A DNA stretch of 64,000 nucleotides from Takakia lepidozioides (GCA_030704615.1 CM060733.1:43276001-43340000); one strand, 5' to 3'; shown: positions 11,018-25,064, numbered from the stretch's first letter. Numbers and translations are program-made. Notes: a model not told the origin generated them from the sequence alone.

Positions 11018-14000
11018 TTAATCTTGAAAATCATCACTATCGTCGTCTTGTCCTTGACTGTCCTGCTCCGCCTCCACCCCATCATTGCCTTTCTCATCTC
11101 CAGCGGACTGCTCGTTGGCCAGGCTTTCGAAAATCTCATCTTCACCTTGCGGAACCGACCATCTCACCTCCGTTGGGTCGTCGTCATCCCTGTCTGCATC
11201 GCTCTCATCCGCCGAATCACATATGAACTTTCGCACCCGTCTACCTGTCTCAGCTGTTGCCAACTCTTTCCTTATGCTTCTGTCCTCCCTAGCCCTCTCC
11301 AAAATCTGCTCTACTTTACTGGGATTCTCACATCGTCTAATCGTTGTATTTGCGAGTTTAGCATAACTAGGAAGGAGTAGTCCTTCACCGGGCTCGTCAT
11401 GAAGTCGGCCCTCACAAATAACGGGACATTCTTCTTGGCAGGAAGTGTAGGCCCTACATGTTTCGACCGGATCCTGGAATCGTGCACATAACAAACACCA
11501 ACGAGACCAATGAGAACCACAGTCCGGAAATGCGTTTGACAAAAAATCACCCAAAAGGCTTTGCAAACTTACAATGTTTGCACTCACTCGTATTCCGGGT
11601 TCTCCTCGGCATCAATGTCCACTGTCTCTTCCTCCGACTCCGACGAATCCGAGGAGTCTTTGGCTTCGATGGGAGCCTTCACATTCCGTTGCAGCCCTTC
11701 CAGATGGGATCCCCAGACGGATGTGTCCTCCTCGTAGGCAAAGAGGTGCCGGTCGGAAAACCGCCCAGCCCACATTGAGGCACCTGTTACAATGCCATCC
11801 ACACATTATGACATGGCCCTTCAGATGTTGCGAATTAAAGCATAACGAGAATTTGTAGAACAACATAGAACAAGATTCTGCATACCTGTCCCACAGATGA
11901 GGTCGAGCACTGTGCCCTTCACGTCAGTGCATGTCTCCATAATTGTCTGAATGAAGGCAGGGCTCCGAGTCCGTGAATACCGCAGGGGTTCCGTTGAAGT
12001 GAGGCTATGAGGGAGAAGTTCCGTGGGAACGTTGTTGAACAGGACGTCATAATCGATGGGGTCGCAGTTCGGGTCAACCAACAATCCCTCCTTCCGGAAA
12101 GCAAAGGTGGAGTTCTCCTTCACAAAGCAGTATGCATCGAACTGCTTCGTCTGCATACACAGTGGGGAACGATTAGAAATCGAATGTGGCACCGCATTTC
12201 AAAACTCCTAAGAAATTGAAAGGACGAGTGCCAATGTCGTAATTACCTTCTTCCCTTCCGACCGAAGGCCCAATGTGTTGATGCATGTCCACTTCTTCTT
12301 CAGAATTGGGACGGCGCTCTTGCGGGTCCACTTCGCAATTCCTGTCTGCGTGTTTTTGCCTCTGCTTGCCAGGACAACCACACAGCCTCTGTCGTCCAAC
12401 ACCATGCGGGCGAGCCCGAATCCTTTCTTCCAAAAGTCCTCGGAGTACCTGTTCCAAGATGGCAAAGCTTGTAGTCCTTCCACAGGCTCTCCGTCCGGAA
12501 TATCCAAGATGATCATATCGCAAGACCACTCGGTGGCATTTCCGCCCCTCCTGCAATCCTTGTCTGCACACACCCTCTCAAAGAACGAGACCATCTTCAG
12601 AAACCCAGGGGTGTCGGAAGGCTTTTCGGCAGCTGCCTTCTTCAGTGCTCTGCCCTTCAGACCCTCCATGGTCTTCATGTATGCCAACTTGGCTGCCTGT
12701 CCATCCAAAGCCGCCAAGAAACTCTCATTGACACACTGGACTACTGTATCGGGATCCACTTTTGGCCTCTTCATTTCCACCAGCTCGAAAGGGTGCCCCA
12801 GTGCCTTCTTGCCGAGCCTGTTCTCATCCCTCTCGTGACAACGGTGGGCACAAGGGATTTCGACTGCGTTTCGGGGGTTGGGCTGGTTGCAAAGTCTCCA
12901 TCGGAGTCCTCTTCGTCACCCTCTTCCTGTACTATCTGTTTCTGCTTCTTCGTTTTCTTGGGTGTCACAACTGCTGCTCCTTGCTGGCAAGTCCTCTTCT
13001 TCGACCCCTTCTGTTGAGCCTGCACAGCTGCATCCACTGTCTTCTGTGCCATCTCAGCTGCCTTTCTGGATTGTTCCAGAGCAGCAGCTTCATTTGCCAA
13101 CTCTGGCCCAGCAGGGACACGTCTTTCCTTTCTTTTTCCTTCTGCTTTCGCATGCAGATCTTTCTCAGACTCGTCAACAATTCCGCCAGACATGTCCAGG
13201 TACCACGGGCATCCAACAAGATGCGCGGCATGCCATTGTTTCTGCATCTCGGGTGTGTAGACACAGCTTGGGCCCGCCACGGTCCAAGCCATGAAGAACG
13301 GGGGCTCTTGAGCCAGGGCCCCTGTCTGAAGAAGCACGTATTTCATATACCTGCAGGGCAGTCAGCATGCGTGAGCAAAAGTTGAGTCCAACGTACTCGC
13401 AGAGTGCAACCGAAAACATAAAATGCGAATGCGGTGCCGCATTTCCCAGACAAACCTCATAACCAGGCTTCGCATACAAGGACAACTGGGCTTCACCTGT
13501 AAACAATTCGCATTGCAGCTTTTCTCGCTCCCTCCTGATGTGTAAACTCCACGCTCCTTCTTGCTGTCTGCAGCTCCCTGGCAAAGAGGTTGTCCTTGTA
13601 TGCACATCTGAAATGTGTCACGTAGTCTTCCAATGTCTGTATTCCATCCCATTTGATGTACAAGCCGAACGAATTTGTATGCATGACGACTTGCTCCTTC
13701 GCATTCGTCATTACCTGCAATTCCCACATGCATTGTCACGTAGCAGTTCAGGGAATTCATTTCAGAAAAGCAAATCTGGGGAAGTACCTTGAATTACCTG
13801 GAACCACCAAGTCATGCGGTTGAGCCACACATCCACAGTAGGGTCGGAAACTTCGAGTGGAAAAGACCACATTGTCCTTATACTCTCCGATGCATTCCAG
13901 ATCGACAGCCACCGTGTCTGCCATTTCCGATCCAATGTCAGGTGCAGGAAGAAGAGTGGCTATTGCTAGGAAGGAACTTCAGTGCATTGAAACCTCACCT

Positions 14001-15916
14001 TCTCTTTCGCCTCAACACATGCCGTTGAGAGGTGATGCAGTTTCTCCAACTGCATGGTCGGCTACATGGCCCAAGAATAGTGTTTTGCAATCTCGGGGAT
14101 GAAGTCCTTTCCAAGTGCCGGATCTGCAATGGCCACCAGCTTCACAAGCTTTGACTTGTATTTCGTTCTGGACTTGACCCCGGCTTCCTTCAAGTGCTCA
14201 GTCAATGACTGCAACGTTTTGACCTGCCCTTCACTTTCCATGAAGAAGCATTTGGCATGGGCCAAATCCAGCTTGATGTTTGACTGCCAACAAAAACATG
14301 CAGAAGCGTTACATTCGATTCATGTGGAAAGATTACTGAAAATTGGGGAAGGATGAGCAGAGGGAAATGGGAGGACAACTTACTTCGTATATCACCTCCA
14401 CCATTCCATCCATAGTGAGACGATACCATGTCCGGTCAATTTTTGCCACGGCTTTCTGAATGAGCTCGGGCTCCAGCATTTCCGCAAACATGTGCGGATC
14501 AATGAGACCAGTTTTCCTCACCATGTACAGCATATGTGCCATGTGGGTATGCACGTACGCATTTTCAGTGACCCTGCAAGGCACACTCTCCAGTTCAGTC
14601 CACGGAAGCACGGAAACAAAACAGATTGGAAACCGAAATGCGGCACCGCATTTCAAATGTGCTTGGGAGGGTATGAGTATCTTACGAGTTGAGGTCCGCC
14701 ATGGCATTCTTGAGCAGGGAGGAGTCTGCCGCCTTCACCTTGAGGATGACACACTCCACCATGTAATGCCAGCCAATGTGCTTGGCATGGTTCTGCTTGA
14801 TGTACTCCCACCAGGCGAGAAGTCGGTGATTCCCGTCCCACACAAAGAACATTTTACCCGACATATGGCCGAAGTCTGGATCACCTTTCAGCGTTGCCTC
14901 GAATTCGTCGTTGCGAGTGTGCCAGTGGGTATCCCATGTTAACAATTCATCCGCAGTGGGTCCACGAGATTCGCCGTCCTCATTCTCAAGGGAAACGTAG
15001 AAGGTTGGCGAACCTAGACGGTACCCTTCTCGAAATGCGAACTTGAGCTTATCCACATCTCCGGGAAGTGCCTGCCTGACGATGGGAAGGGAGACCATGC
15101 GACAGAGTGGGATTCGAAGAGTCCGCTGGAATACCCTGCTGCCCAGACTCTGCCAATGCTACTGTGTGACTCCTCCAACATTGTATCCGCTGCACTTTGG
15201 AATTCCTCCGGAGACATTTCTCAAGGTGGCGGTAGGGGCTGAGCAGCTAGAGCATCCCCAACTAGAGCTGCACTCTGGGGAATCTTTGTGGGCAATTCTG
15301 CAATTGCAGAGGCCTCCTCCGAGCCTGCAGTATTCTGAAGATCTTCCTCAACGGTGGTCAGGTCTTGCTGCGAACGTTGAGCGGCAGCACCCTCCTCCGG
15401 TACCAGATCGACAAAATCGGTCGATCCCATTTCCTTCGCTGCAGCAGAGATGCCCCCAACATCACCAGGCTGGAAATCAAGCAGGAACTGGGCTTCAGCT
15501 CGTGGAATCGGTTTTGCAGGAGACTGCTCCGCCCTCCCCCTGATTGCCTTGTGATTCCTCATTCTTGCAAGTGAAGGTGTCTGCTGCAATTGGAATTGCT
15601 TCCATCGCCTGGGTGGGGGGGAAACGGCCTGGTCGGGTTCAGAAACCAGTTGAAGGACGGGCTGCTTCTTCTTCGTCTTTGCTGGAGAAGGGCCCGACCC
15701 CTGTTGGCGATTCTCCATGACCTTCGAACGCGAGTCGCTCTCTGGGGCTTTGAACTGCAAAGACTTGCCCTTCGAAGCCGCGTCCTTGAAACGCACAGGG
15801 CTAGGCCCGGCAGGAAGACCTATGCTCGTGGATCGGCTGGGTGTGCGTGCTGCAGCTAGCTCCACGGACTCTTCCTGCGGCTCTTCGGATTCCTGCGATC
15901 CCTCCTGAACGTCCAT
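11018..15916 (-). pseudogene. Multi-exon ParB/Srx-like + beta-class N4C/N6A DNA methyltransferase-like fusion gene, module 1 (stops and frameshifts)
   Basis: FFVWDGNHRLLAW (about 14812-14849; ParB GxxRxxA motif), CDMIILDIPDG (about 12492-12522; motif IV position), RSPAFIQTIMETCTDVKGTVLDLICGT|GASMWAGRFSDRHLFAYEED (motifs X-I-II across an intron at 11885-11784). Homologous to 38172-44292. Confidence 0.72.
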
Positions 15917-15981
15917 CTTTCAGGTTAGGCATGCAAACATCTTCTGCATTCAAGTCTCCTAGCATACAGTCTAAGTCATAC

Positions 15982-17310
15982 AGGCACCGCATTTCCGTCC
16001 CACAACTCCATGCCTGAGATACAAAAGGGAAATGCGGCGCCGCATTTCCGTTCTGGAATGTCGGAAGGGAAGACTCGGACGGAAATGCGGTGCCGCATTT
16101 CAGTTCCGATGGTTCACGATTTTCAGTCAGAACAGAAATGCGGTGCCGCATTTCCGTCCCTCAGCTCCATGCCTCAGATACAAAACGGAAATGCGGCGCC
16201 GCATTTCCGTTCTGGAATGTCAGAAGGTGCGACTCGGACGGAAATGCGGTACCCGCATTTTCGTTGAACGGAAATGTCGTGCCGCATTTCCGTTCTGGTC
16301 TCACCCGGACGCGAACATCAAAATGGAATGCGGCGCCGCATTCCGTTCTGGAGAGTATAAGGTCTCAACCGGACGGAAATGCGGTGCCGCATTTCCATCC
16401 CTCAGCTCCATGCCTCAGATACAAAACGGAAATGCGCGCCGCATTTCCGTCGGAAGGTGCGACTCGGATGGAATGCGGTGCCGCATTTCCGTTCTGGAGA
16501 CTCAATGCGGTGCCGCATTTCAGTTCTGATGGTTCACGATTTTCCGTCAAACGGAAATGCGGTGCCGCATTTCATGCCTTAGATACAAAACGGAAATGGC
16601 GCCGCATTTCCGTTCTGGAATGTCGGAAGGTCGGAAATGCGGTGCCGCATTTCAGTTCCCGTGGTTCATGATTTTCAGAACGGAAATGCGGTACCGCATT
16701 TCCGTTCGGTTGAACGGAAATGTCAGTATTCTCAGGCGGAAATTGCCGCATTTCCGTCCCATGCCTCATACAAAACGGAAATGCGCCGCATTATCGTTCT
16801 TGAATGTCGGAATGTGCGACTCGAACGGAAATGCGGTGCCGCATTTTCAGTTCCGATGGTTCACGATTTTCAGTCAGAACGGAAATGCGGTGCCGCATTT
16901 CCGTTCTGGAGAGTATGAAGGTCTCAACCGGACGGAAATGCGGTGCCGCATTTCGTCCCTCAGCTTACAAAACGGAAATGCGGCGCCGCATTTCTGTTGG
17001 AATGTCGGAAGGTGCGACTCGGACGGAAATGCGTGCCGCATTTCAGTTCCAGTGGTTCATGATTTTCAATCAGAATGGAAAAGCGCCGCATTTCCGTTCC
17101 ACTGCCACATATCGTACTTGTTGGATGGAAATGCGGCACGGCATTTCCGTTCTGGAGAGTTTAAAGGTTTCCCCCGGATGGAAACTCGGTGCCGCATTTC
17201 CGTCGCACTGGTGCATGACTAAGATGCAAAACGGAAATGCGGCGGCGTATTTCCGTCGCACTGGTGCTTGACTAAGATGCAAAACGGAAATGCGGCGCCG
17301 TATTTCCGTC
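15982..17310. repeat. Array 2 of the same 22-bp palindrome, about 28 copies, dominant period about 53 bp, between the divergent ParB-MTase and transposase genes
   Basis: Seen directly; spacer types recur (GTTCTGGAATGTCGGAAGG..., AGTTCCGATGGTTCACGATT..., GTCCCTCAGCTCCATGCC...). Confidence 0.93.
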
Positions 17311-17754
17311 CAACAGCAATCAAAAGAATCACTCCGGACGGGAAATCGGAACTTCATTTCCGCATGCGGATCCTCAATGGGTTGCATTGTTCCGAAACAA
17401 CACAATTGCGGCCTGTCTTGATGAGCACAACTTGGTTGTCTGACCGTTTTAACTAACAGTCCTGGCACTTGTCAGTGCGAACGTTCCTGTCTGCACCGAG
17501 AATACTGCTGGATCCACCCTCAGGAGAAACTGTCAGGAGATGTTATTTCGTCGCCGAATCGGCCATCATTGTCATACTTATTGGCTATGGAATCAAACCT
17601 CGCACCTTCATGCATGTAGCTTGAAACAATACTTCCACTTCAATGTGCGACTTCCAATCGTCGATGGACTCCGCACATCCACTTACATGGTGCCTGTGAG
17701 CCTTGGTCTGTCGCTATACTGAACCTCGCACTTGCCAACTTTGTGCGGTCTTCG

Positions 17755-20700
17755 ATGGCTCCAAATTCCTACGCTATAGTTTGCTGTCCTCCGCAACTTG
17801 GGAGAGCCTGGATCCCAAACAAGGGAGGACTTTGCAGAGTGACTGAAACTTACCTTTGTTCCAAATTCAAGCTCAAACCGGCACAGTTTATTTGGAAGAA
17901 GAAAGGAAGGATGTTCCTGGACAGGTTGACGAGACCATTGTCGTGCTAGGTAACGACGGAGGTTGCGGAATCGAATGGCACGTACCCCCATCAGACACCA
18001 TCCTGTACCGAGCTGTGGGAATGCCCATTCCCTTCCAAATCAGTCGCTGCCCACACCATCCACAAAGGAGTCGGGAAACCGACAGGCGGCCACTGCCAAC
18101 AGAGAGGTATGCAACGATAATCATTCCCGACCTGGACCGTCAAGACCCTCCATAGCTTCTCGTGTGGACGTATTCGACATTTCCGACGAGGAAGATGACT
18201 GCATTGAGGTCCCCATGTCTTCCACACGGTCGTTCAAATCCGACATGGACGTCTCTGCAGGTGCTACGCATGTACCCTCGAGCATAACTCAACCCGGTCC
18301 ATTGTGCAGCTCCTACGGCAACATCACCTCGATGGTTCTCGCTCGAGCTGGCTGCTCTCGACTATGCCAAATTTCCAGTCAGGAAGGTAACGTATCTGCC
18401 TCCCGAAGTCAATGGCAATGTCATGTTTGAGTTTTCACCTTTTACTTCGTCAAACAAAGCCTCAGGGATGTTAACAGACATGGATCAAAAGCATGACGGA
18501 CACCCCTGGTGTGTGATGAAGACCAGTAGCACGAAAATTGATGGTGTTCGTGTACGATACGTCCTCTGTGCGGGGAAGCTGAGGTGCCTCAATCCCGCCT
18601 GCTTCCACTTTCTCTCCAAAGGAGGGCGGAGAAACAGACGGATTGGACTGGCACAACGCATCATCCATTCATTGTCTCCAGCCAAGCTCCTGCGGATTCA
18701 AGTGCGCACATTGCAAAAACCACCGACGTGCATGTCCATGTGCAGAGCCAAGCAATATTACGTAATCCATTTGCTCCCGGACTTGACTAGAGCTTGCATA
18801 CACGTTGGGGTCCACTGCCACCCCTTGGCGAGAGGCAACATCCGTGAGGCTGTGCAGGAAGCACACGACATCATAAAAGAGGAGGTGAAATTGAGCCCCG
18901 GAGCCAGACCAAAGCAGATTTAGCTGAAGGCGGCCCACAAGATTGCTCTTGGCAAAATCATGTCTGAAGATGGTTCAGACCGAGTGCCCTTGAACGAAGA
19001 GGAGATGCTTGACCTTGGAGTCCGTCTCGCACGTTTGTAGTCCGAATGTGCGGAATCACATCGTATCTTGCAAGCAGGAGTTCGCCCGGGGTCGGACATG
19101 CACTCAATCTTGGAGGTGAAACGAATGACTGGATATGACTACATCCAAGGTAGCAGGTTTCCAGGGCAAGGGAGCAAATCCGATCGTTGTTACATTTTTA
19201 AAATGTCGACGTGTGGGCCTGGGAGTGGAGTCGACTTGGTCACTCGCATGACAACTGGAAACTTGTCGAATGCTTGGGTGATGTTTGATCACATCAAGCG
19301 AATTACCCATGGGTGACTATAGGTGCGCATGTTTATGACTATCACTCCAAGAGGCTCATGACGATTGCAATCTGCGAGATGAAAGGGGAGGACACACAGT
19401 CGAGATGCATCTGTGGGAGGGCATAAACGAGCAGATGGCAAGGGCGGGATTGCAGAGCCCAATTTCAGGGGATTCATGGCAGACAACGCTCAGGCCAACT
19501 GGGCAGCGGTGCGGCGTGTGTACGGTGAGGACCCCAATGTTCCAATGGAGGGGAAAGAGAGATCCTGTGGATTCCATTGGATGCAGAGTCTATCTCACTA
19601 CACTACCAAATTTGTTGCTAGCTCATTCCAGGCTGAACACCTGTCCTTTGTACGGCGTGGAAGGATGCACCCACATTTGATGACGCGGAGGTAAAGTTTG
19701 CTATCATCGAGGCTTGGTGGAACACGTCAGGTGCAGTGGAGACAACCAATCTGGGAGCCTTGCACAGCTGGTTGGGGTGGTGGCATTTCCGGTATCGACA
19801 GTTCGGACAGTACATGCGGGAGGTATGATGCCAACTTTTCGTCAATTGTCTTCTATTACGGACCTTTCATTGGTCCCTCACCATTGTTTCTGTCCTTGTA
19901 GGAGCGGTGCTTGGATTCCGACACGGACATGCGAACACGAATATGGCAGAATCAGTCCACTCCTCCTGGCGAGCGTCTTCTGCCGCACATCTGGTGGACG
20001 TAGTGACGGCCACAACGGAGGACATCGACAGAGCAATCATGCAGCAAGCCACGTACTACAAGTTCCTGAGCGGGAAACAATGGGGCTTTGGGCCGGACAA
20101 GGAGGAATTGTTGGTACAAACAGCTTCGAGGTCGAAGAATCCATTGAAATGGGCGACAACATTGCGAGAGAAGATCAAAGGGACGCCTCTGCACCGCAGA
20201 GGTGAACACCTAGAGGGGGACGTCCGTACTTGCCCTGTGAGGGAGGATTGAAGAGGAACCCGGGTGCGAAGAGGATTCCTGGAGATCCGACAGGAACATT
20301 CGACAGCACCTCGAGGTCCCGTCATGTTGCCGCACAATGTGTCTTCCAGCAGTGGAAGCCCAAGAAATTCCAGATCGTCATCACCTTCAAGCGGGGATTC
20401 GTGCGAGAAATTCCCACCGCTCGCTTGCCCCAGATTCCGCCCGCTGTTATGCAGTATGGCCAAGCCATTGTGGAGACGATTGTGTCTGCGTCACAGTGGA
20501 GAATTGCTCGCACAAAGCCGTCGTTTCGAGGCAGGTGTTCCGCAATTCAAGTGGATACACGGCAACATTGTTTAGAGATGATAAGGAGGAATCCAGATGG
20601 GGCTGTCCCTGCTCCTACTTTTACAGGAAGATTTGTCCATGCAAAGTTTGCGGAGGCGATAACCACCCAGTTCTGGTTCTGCAGGCACGACATTATGACT

Positions 20701-21319
20701 TGCGTGTATGGAAAGCCCAAGTACGGCGTACAAACAATGCCAGAGGCTCCCCCGGTGTGGCTGGTGGAACCAGGCTGCGATCTGAGTCAGGTTGAGGCCG
20801 ACGCCCTTACCGCCGCTGGATTTCGATGGTGCGGCGCATTGACGTCCCTAGACCATTTCCGCTTCCACAGCCTCCACCACCGACCCCTGTGAGAGCAAGA
20901 ACAATGGGACGACAGCTCTAAGCATCCTACACACCGTTGGGGGAAACCGAAGAGGCGGCGACCTCCCTCAAAAGTGAACGAGACAAGGATGGGGAATGCA
21001 CTTCGGATGAACTGTACAATCCCGAGCTCGACAGAAGTGCCCCCACCAGGCTTCGGGCGTGTGTATCAGATGGCCACGGCAGGCTCAGCTGTTCGCAATG
21101 AGGTGTACACCATCACCATTTCAGAATTACCACCTGCAATTGCACCGACTTCCAGATCATGGCGAACAAGGGGGCATCATACTGCCCTTGCAAGCATCTG
21201 TACTACGTGTACCTAAAGAGACTCCGGTGTAATTCCACAACTCATCACTTCATACATGCACCAGGGTTGAGCCCCAAGAGGTGCACACTCTTCTGAATAT
21301 GGATCCAGGGGACCAGTGA
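17755..21319 (+). pseudogene. MULE-type DDE transposase, module 1, with N-terminal GCM-like Zn domain and C-terminal SWIM finger (frameshifted)
   Basis: DGHPWC...CAGKLRCLNPAC...HVGVHCHP; WVMFDHIKR (D1); GFMADNAQAN (D2); SCGFHW (CxxH); NTNMAESVH (E); CNCTDF...CKHLYY (SWIM). Confidence 0.85.
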
Positions 21320-21916
21320 GCTTGGCTTGCGGTCCCCACACAATGGTACGCCCATCCTTTTCAGATAGTAGAACTGTACTGCTGCAAGTACCTCTGACTC
21401 TGGCCACAGAAAGGTCCGACTTATGTCTTGCCTACCAGTAACCTGTTTTGCTCGAACTAAGATATACTATATTTCACTTGTGTTTCCACGTGCATGTATT
21501 TTTGTGTGTTGGAGGGTTCCTGTTTTTCTGCTCTCCAAACTTGCTTTCCTCATTCGACCCCCGGCAAGGAAATGCGGCGCCGCATTTCCAAGTAACGTCG
21601 TAGGTACTGGTAGATGCGGCCTTCGCCAACACCAAACCGCCCAGAAATTTCGCACATGCAAACCCTAATGCGGCACCGCATTTCCCAGTTGAGTCGCAAA
21701 CCTTTCCCGCCGAATACCCGAAGAACATAATTGTGAAGTACTGCAGACTCTATTGGTGCAGACTCTATTGGTTCAATCGCGGCAAAAAGGTCAGCTTCAT
21801 TCCAATGTTAAGGCATGTAAAACCGCGGAATACTCTATACAGGCCAGTATGCGACGTCCTTTTGCCGTGGTATACTGGATTTCTCGTTGCACGGTCACTC
21901 ATTTCCCAACGACGCA

Positions 21917-22100
21917 ATGGCGTGAGTGTTGCGTGTGAGCGCGCGAGTGTACGCTCACGTAGGAGTGACGTGGCGTGAGCGTACGCTCACACTTGCTGAC
22001 GTGGCATGAGCCTGCACCCACGCTGATGTGGCGTGAGCGTCATGTCAGCATGCTGATGTGCGGCAAATGATGACACTGTTCGTCATCTGCCACGTCAGCA
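21917..22100. repeat. TGACGTGGC/GTGAGCG-rich subterminal-like tract at the module 1/module 2 junction
   Basis: Repeated TGACGTGGCGTGAGCG, similar to the tract at 44920-45000 next to the right TIR. Confidence 0.6.
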
Positions 22101-25064
22101 TTAACATGTGCCGCCTATAACCGAGGATGGTCCTATGACCGTGGAATTAATGCAGGGAATCTTGCCTAAATAGAATCAAGACTACCATGAGGCCTACAAT
22201 TGTAGCATCCAACATTGTGCAATTACAAATGCTGCTTGTTCACTTTTACAATTACGAGGACGAGAAAATCCTCACAAAGTCTGCGCCATAGAGGCTGCCA
22301 CGGGAAGACCTTCCTCCCTCCTCAAATAACAATGAGAGTTAGGATCATCTTCAAAAGATGATTGTAGTGCATAGCGACAGCAAGACATGTAGACTTCGAA
22401 CGGTGCAATGACAAATGTGCTTTTAAAGTTGCCACTCAGAGCTCACTCCGTATAGTTGGAGGCCATATCATTGCACCGCCGACGAATTGATGTGAATTAC
22501 ACATTTCAAATCATGGTCGTCCACATACCACATTGCATAGTTGATGCTACCCATGTGTGTATCCCGCTGCAATAGAGTATCGACCTCGTTGAAAACTCAT
22601 AGTGGCCTGGTGAATGAAGTTGTCACGTTTGGGATCGCAAACCATCCTCTTCAAAAATATGAAATACAAATTTTGCAGGGTATGAATTTACCTCTCTTGC
22701 CCAAACTGGTTGATAGCATATTCACAAAATCAGGACATGTGCAATTGGGGAAAATTGGAAACCGTGATGTCGTAGGTCCTGTCATGAACAGCAGATGTGG
22801 AAGTGATTGTGAATACCCGACCATATCCTGGATCGGGTACTTCCGTGGTGCTTCCAACACGAGCTTGGAGCATTCTTGCGGACTCCACTTTGCCAAAGTG
22901 TTCAGCGGTTGGAGGGAAACGCCGAACAAGCTTTCCATCTCGTTTGGTTGGCCACAAGTCAGGATTTGCCGGGGGGACTCGGGAGGACGCAGAAGTAGTA
23001 GCACATGAATGGAGTTGGGGTTGTCTCGCAAGGGAAAAGCCTGCCTCCTCCAGCATTTCAATCTCCTGAAATCTGAGATGTGTTCGCACCTTCACGGGCC
23101 AAACGGTTGGAGGAAATGGCTTCATCACTACGGAAGGACGCACAGTTCCAGGTACACATCTGGCACAATCATGTACGCAGAACTAGAACTTGTGGTTCTT
23201 GGCTTCTGGTTGACCGTACGGATGCATCAAACTCGTGAAAGTCGGAGCAGGGAGTTCGGGCACCACCTGGATATAGATGAAGTGCACTTCTCAAAATTAG
23301 TTGCCCTGATCGTTGTACATTTCACACGAGACCCTACACTTGTGCGTTCTATGTGCCAAACATGGTTGGGGCATGCGGACTCAAGCACATCAAGGGGGTT
23401 GTTTCTCTTTTGCACCATTTCAGTGGCATTGTTTGATGCTGGAACTTGCCGTCGTGTTGGAGGTTCCTCCACAATGGAGGTTCCGGACATGGAGCTGTCA
23501 TGCAAGGGAACACGAGGCTTTGAGAAGTTATCACGGTCTGCCCTGTGCGAATCGGAATCCGAACCAGGTGGAGTGTTCAATTTCCTCTTACAGGAGCCGA
23601 ATCTCTCCTCCTTCAAGATGTGGAGCTCTAGAAACAAGTGGCGCCCTGGGCATACATGCTCACCGCCCGTGCTATCTTGATTGGATCCCCAGATCTGTTT
23701 ACAGCACGCAACATCAACTCCATTTGTCCGGACCCTTGCCACCCCACCTCGCAAGAAATCACGGTATCGGGTTTGTTGTTGCAAGGCACGTATCAAATCA
23801 TGTTGTTGCCATACAATCCCGACCTCATTTCCCAGACTGCTACAACCATGCGTTGTGCACAGTTTCTGCCAATTGCAGACATCAATGGACATGTTTGCAA
23901 AGTGGAGAACCATTTCAAAACAGAGAACATAAACAACATAAAGAAAGCGAGGAGACAAAAAATGGAAAGTAAATGTATGATAAAGCAAGAAATATAAGCC
24001 TCGTACCACGCATGGTGCTCCCCACTGTCATACCGGAAGTGCCAAAACGCCAACATCTTCCAATGCTCTCATACTCTCAAGTGATGCAGCTCCAGAGATA
24101 GTTTTTGACGTTAATGGAGTGCTATGCAAAATAAAGAAGCGCCAGAGCCCAGGACCTGCTCCCACATGAGCTTCTGGGATTCCGTATCCTCGGATTGCAT
24201 GTCACAAACTGCAATTGTCATAACTCGTTGGTACACTGGATTGTAGACATGACAAGCCATTGTCATCCAATCCTTCACTCTGTCGTGCGCATACATATCG
24301 CTACACAACTACATCGCTGTCCAAACCACACCACACATATATGCACAATAAAGTAGTCTACCACAATGATAAGAAAACTAGATAACACACTGCTCACACA
24401 AGAAACAATGAATCCATCGCTATCACTCTTTAAAACAGAAGTCGAGCCAGGGCACCCCAAGCTATGGGGACTCCACCCCACAACAACCTACACTCCCATC
24501 ATAAGCACACTCAAATCTAAACGCATGAAGGAGCTCGGTCGCGCAGGCTCAACTCGAGAGAGATGAGCTGCACGACTGCCGCTCTCGTGAAGATAAGACG
24601 GACCAGGTGTCAAACTAAACTTGACACCTGATTTAACACTTGACCTAAATCCAAGTGTTAAATACAAATAACTAGTTTTATTCTAGTTGTTTTCACACTG
24701 TGCTTATTTAATTGACAGCTGTCGTGCGCATACATATCGCTACACAACTACATCGCTGTCCAAACCACACCACACATATATGCACAATAAAGTAGTCTAC
24801 CACAATCGCCCCCTAGCTGGGTGGATAGGTCCCTCTACCTCCAGATAGCTACAAGACGTAATAGCCAGAGCCGTACTAAGTCCTCTATCACTGTTCCTAT
24901 TGTACTCAAACTCTATAGACCAAGGGGCCGGGTACAAGAGTAGCCCCATCGTTAGTCGCCGTCTTGCAATCTGTGAACTTGAGCCAGGATCTCGTGTGTT
25001 CAAGGTCTCCTAGTAGCTGGGCCTTGCATTGCTTGTTAGCATTCCATGGTTGTATCCACTCCCA

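Noticed and set aside
11018-15916. Bacterial or phage contamination as the source of ParB-MTase
   Set aside because: GT-AG introns, one at a conserved position in both copies, and embedding within TSD-bounded plant TEs.
15982-17310. CRISPR array (palindromic repeat with about 30-bp spacers)
   Set aside because: Spacers recur as a few types, lengths vary, no cas genes are present, and the context is eukaryotic with single copies inside introns.
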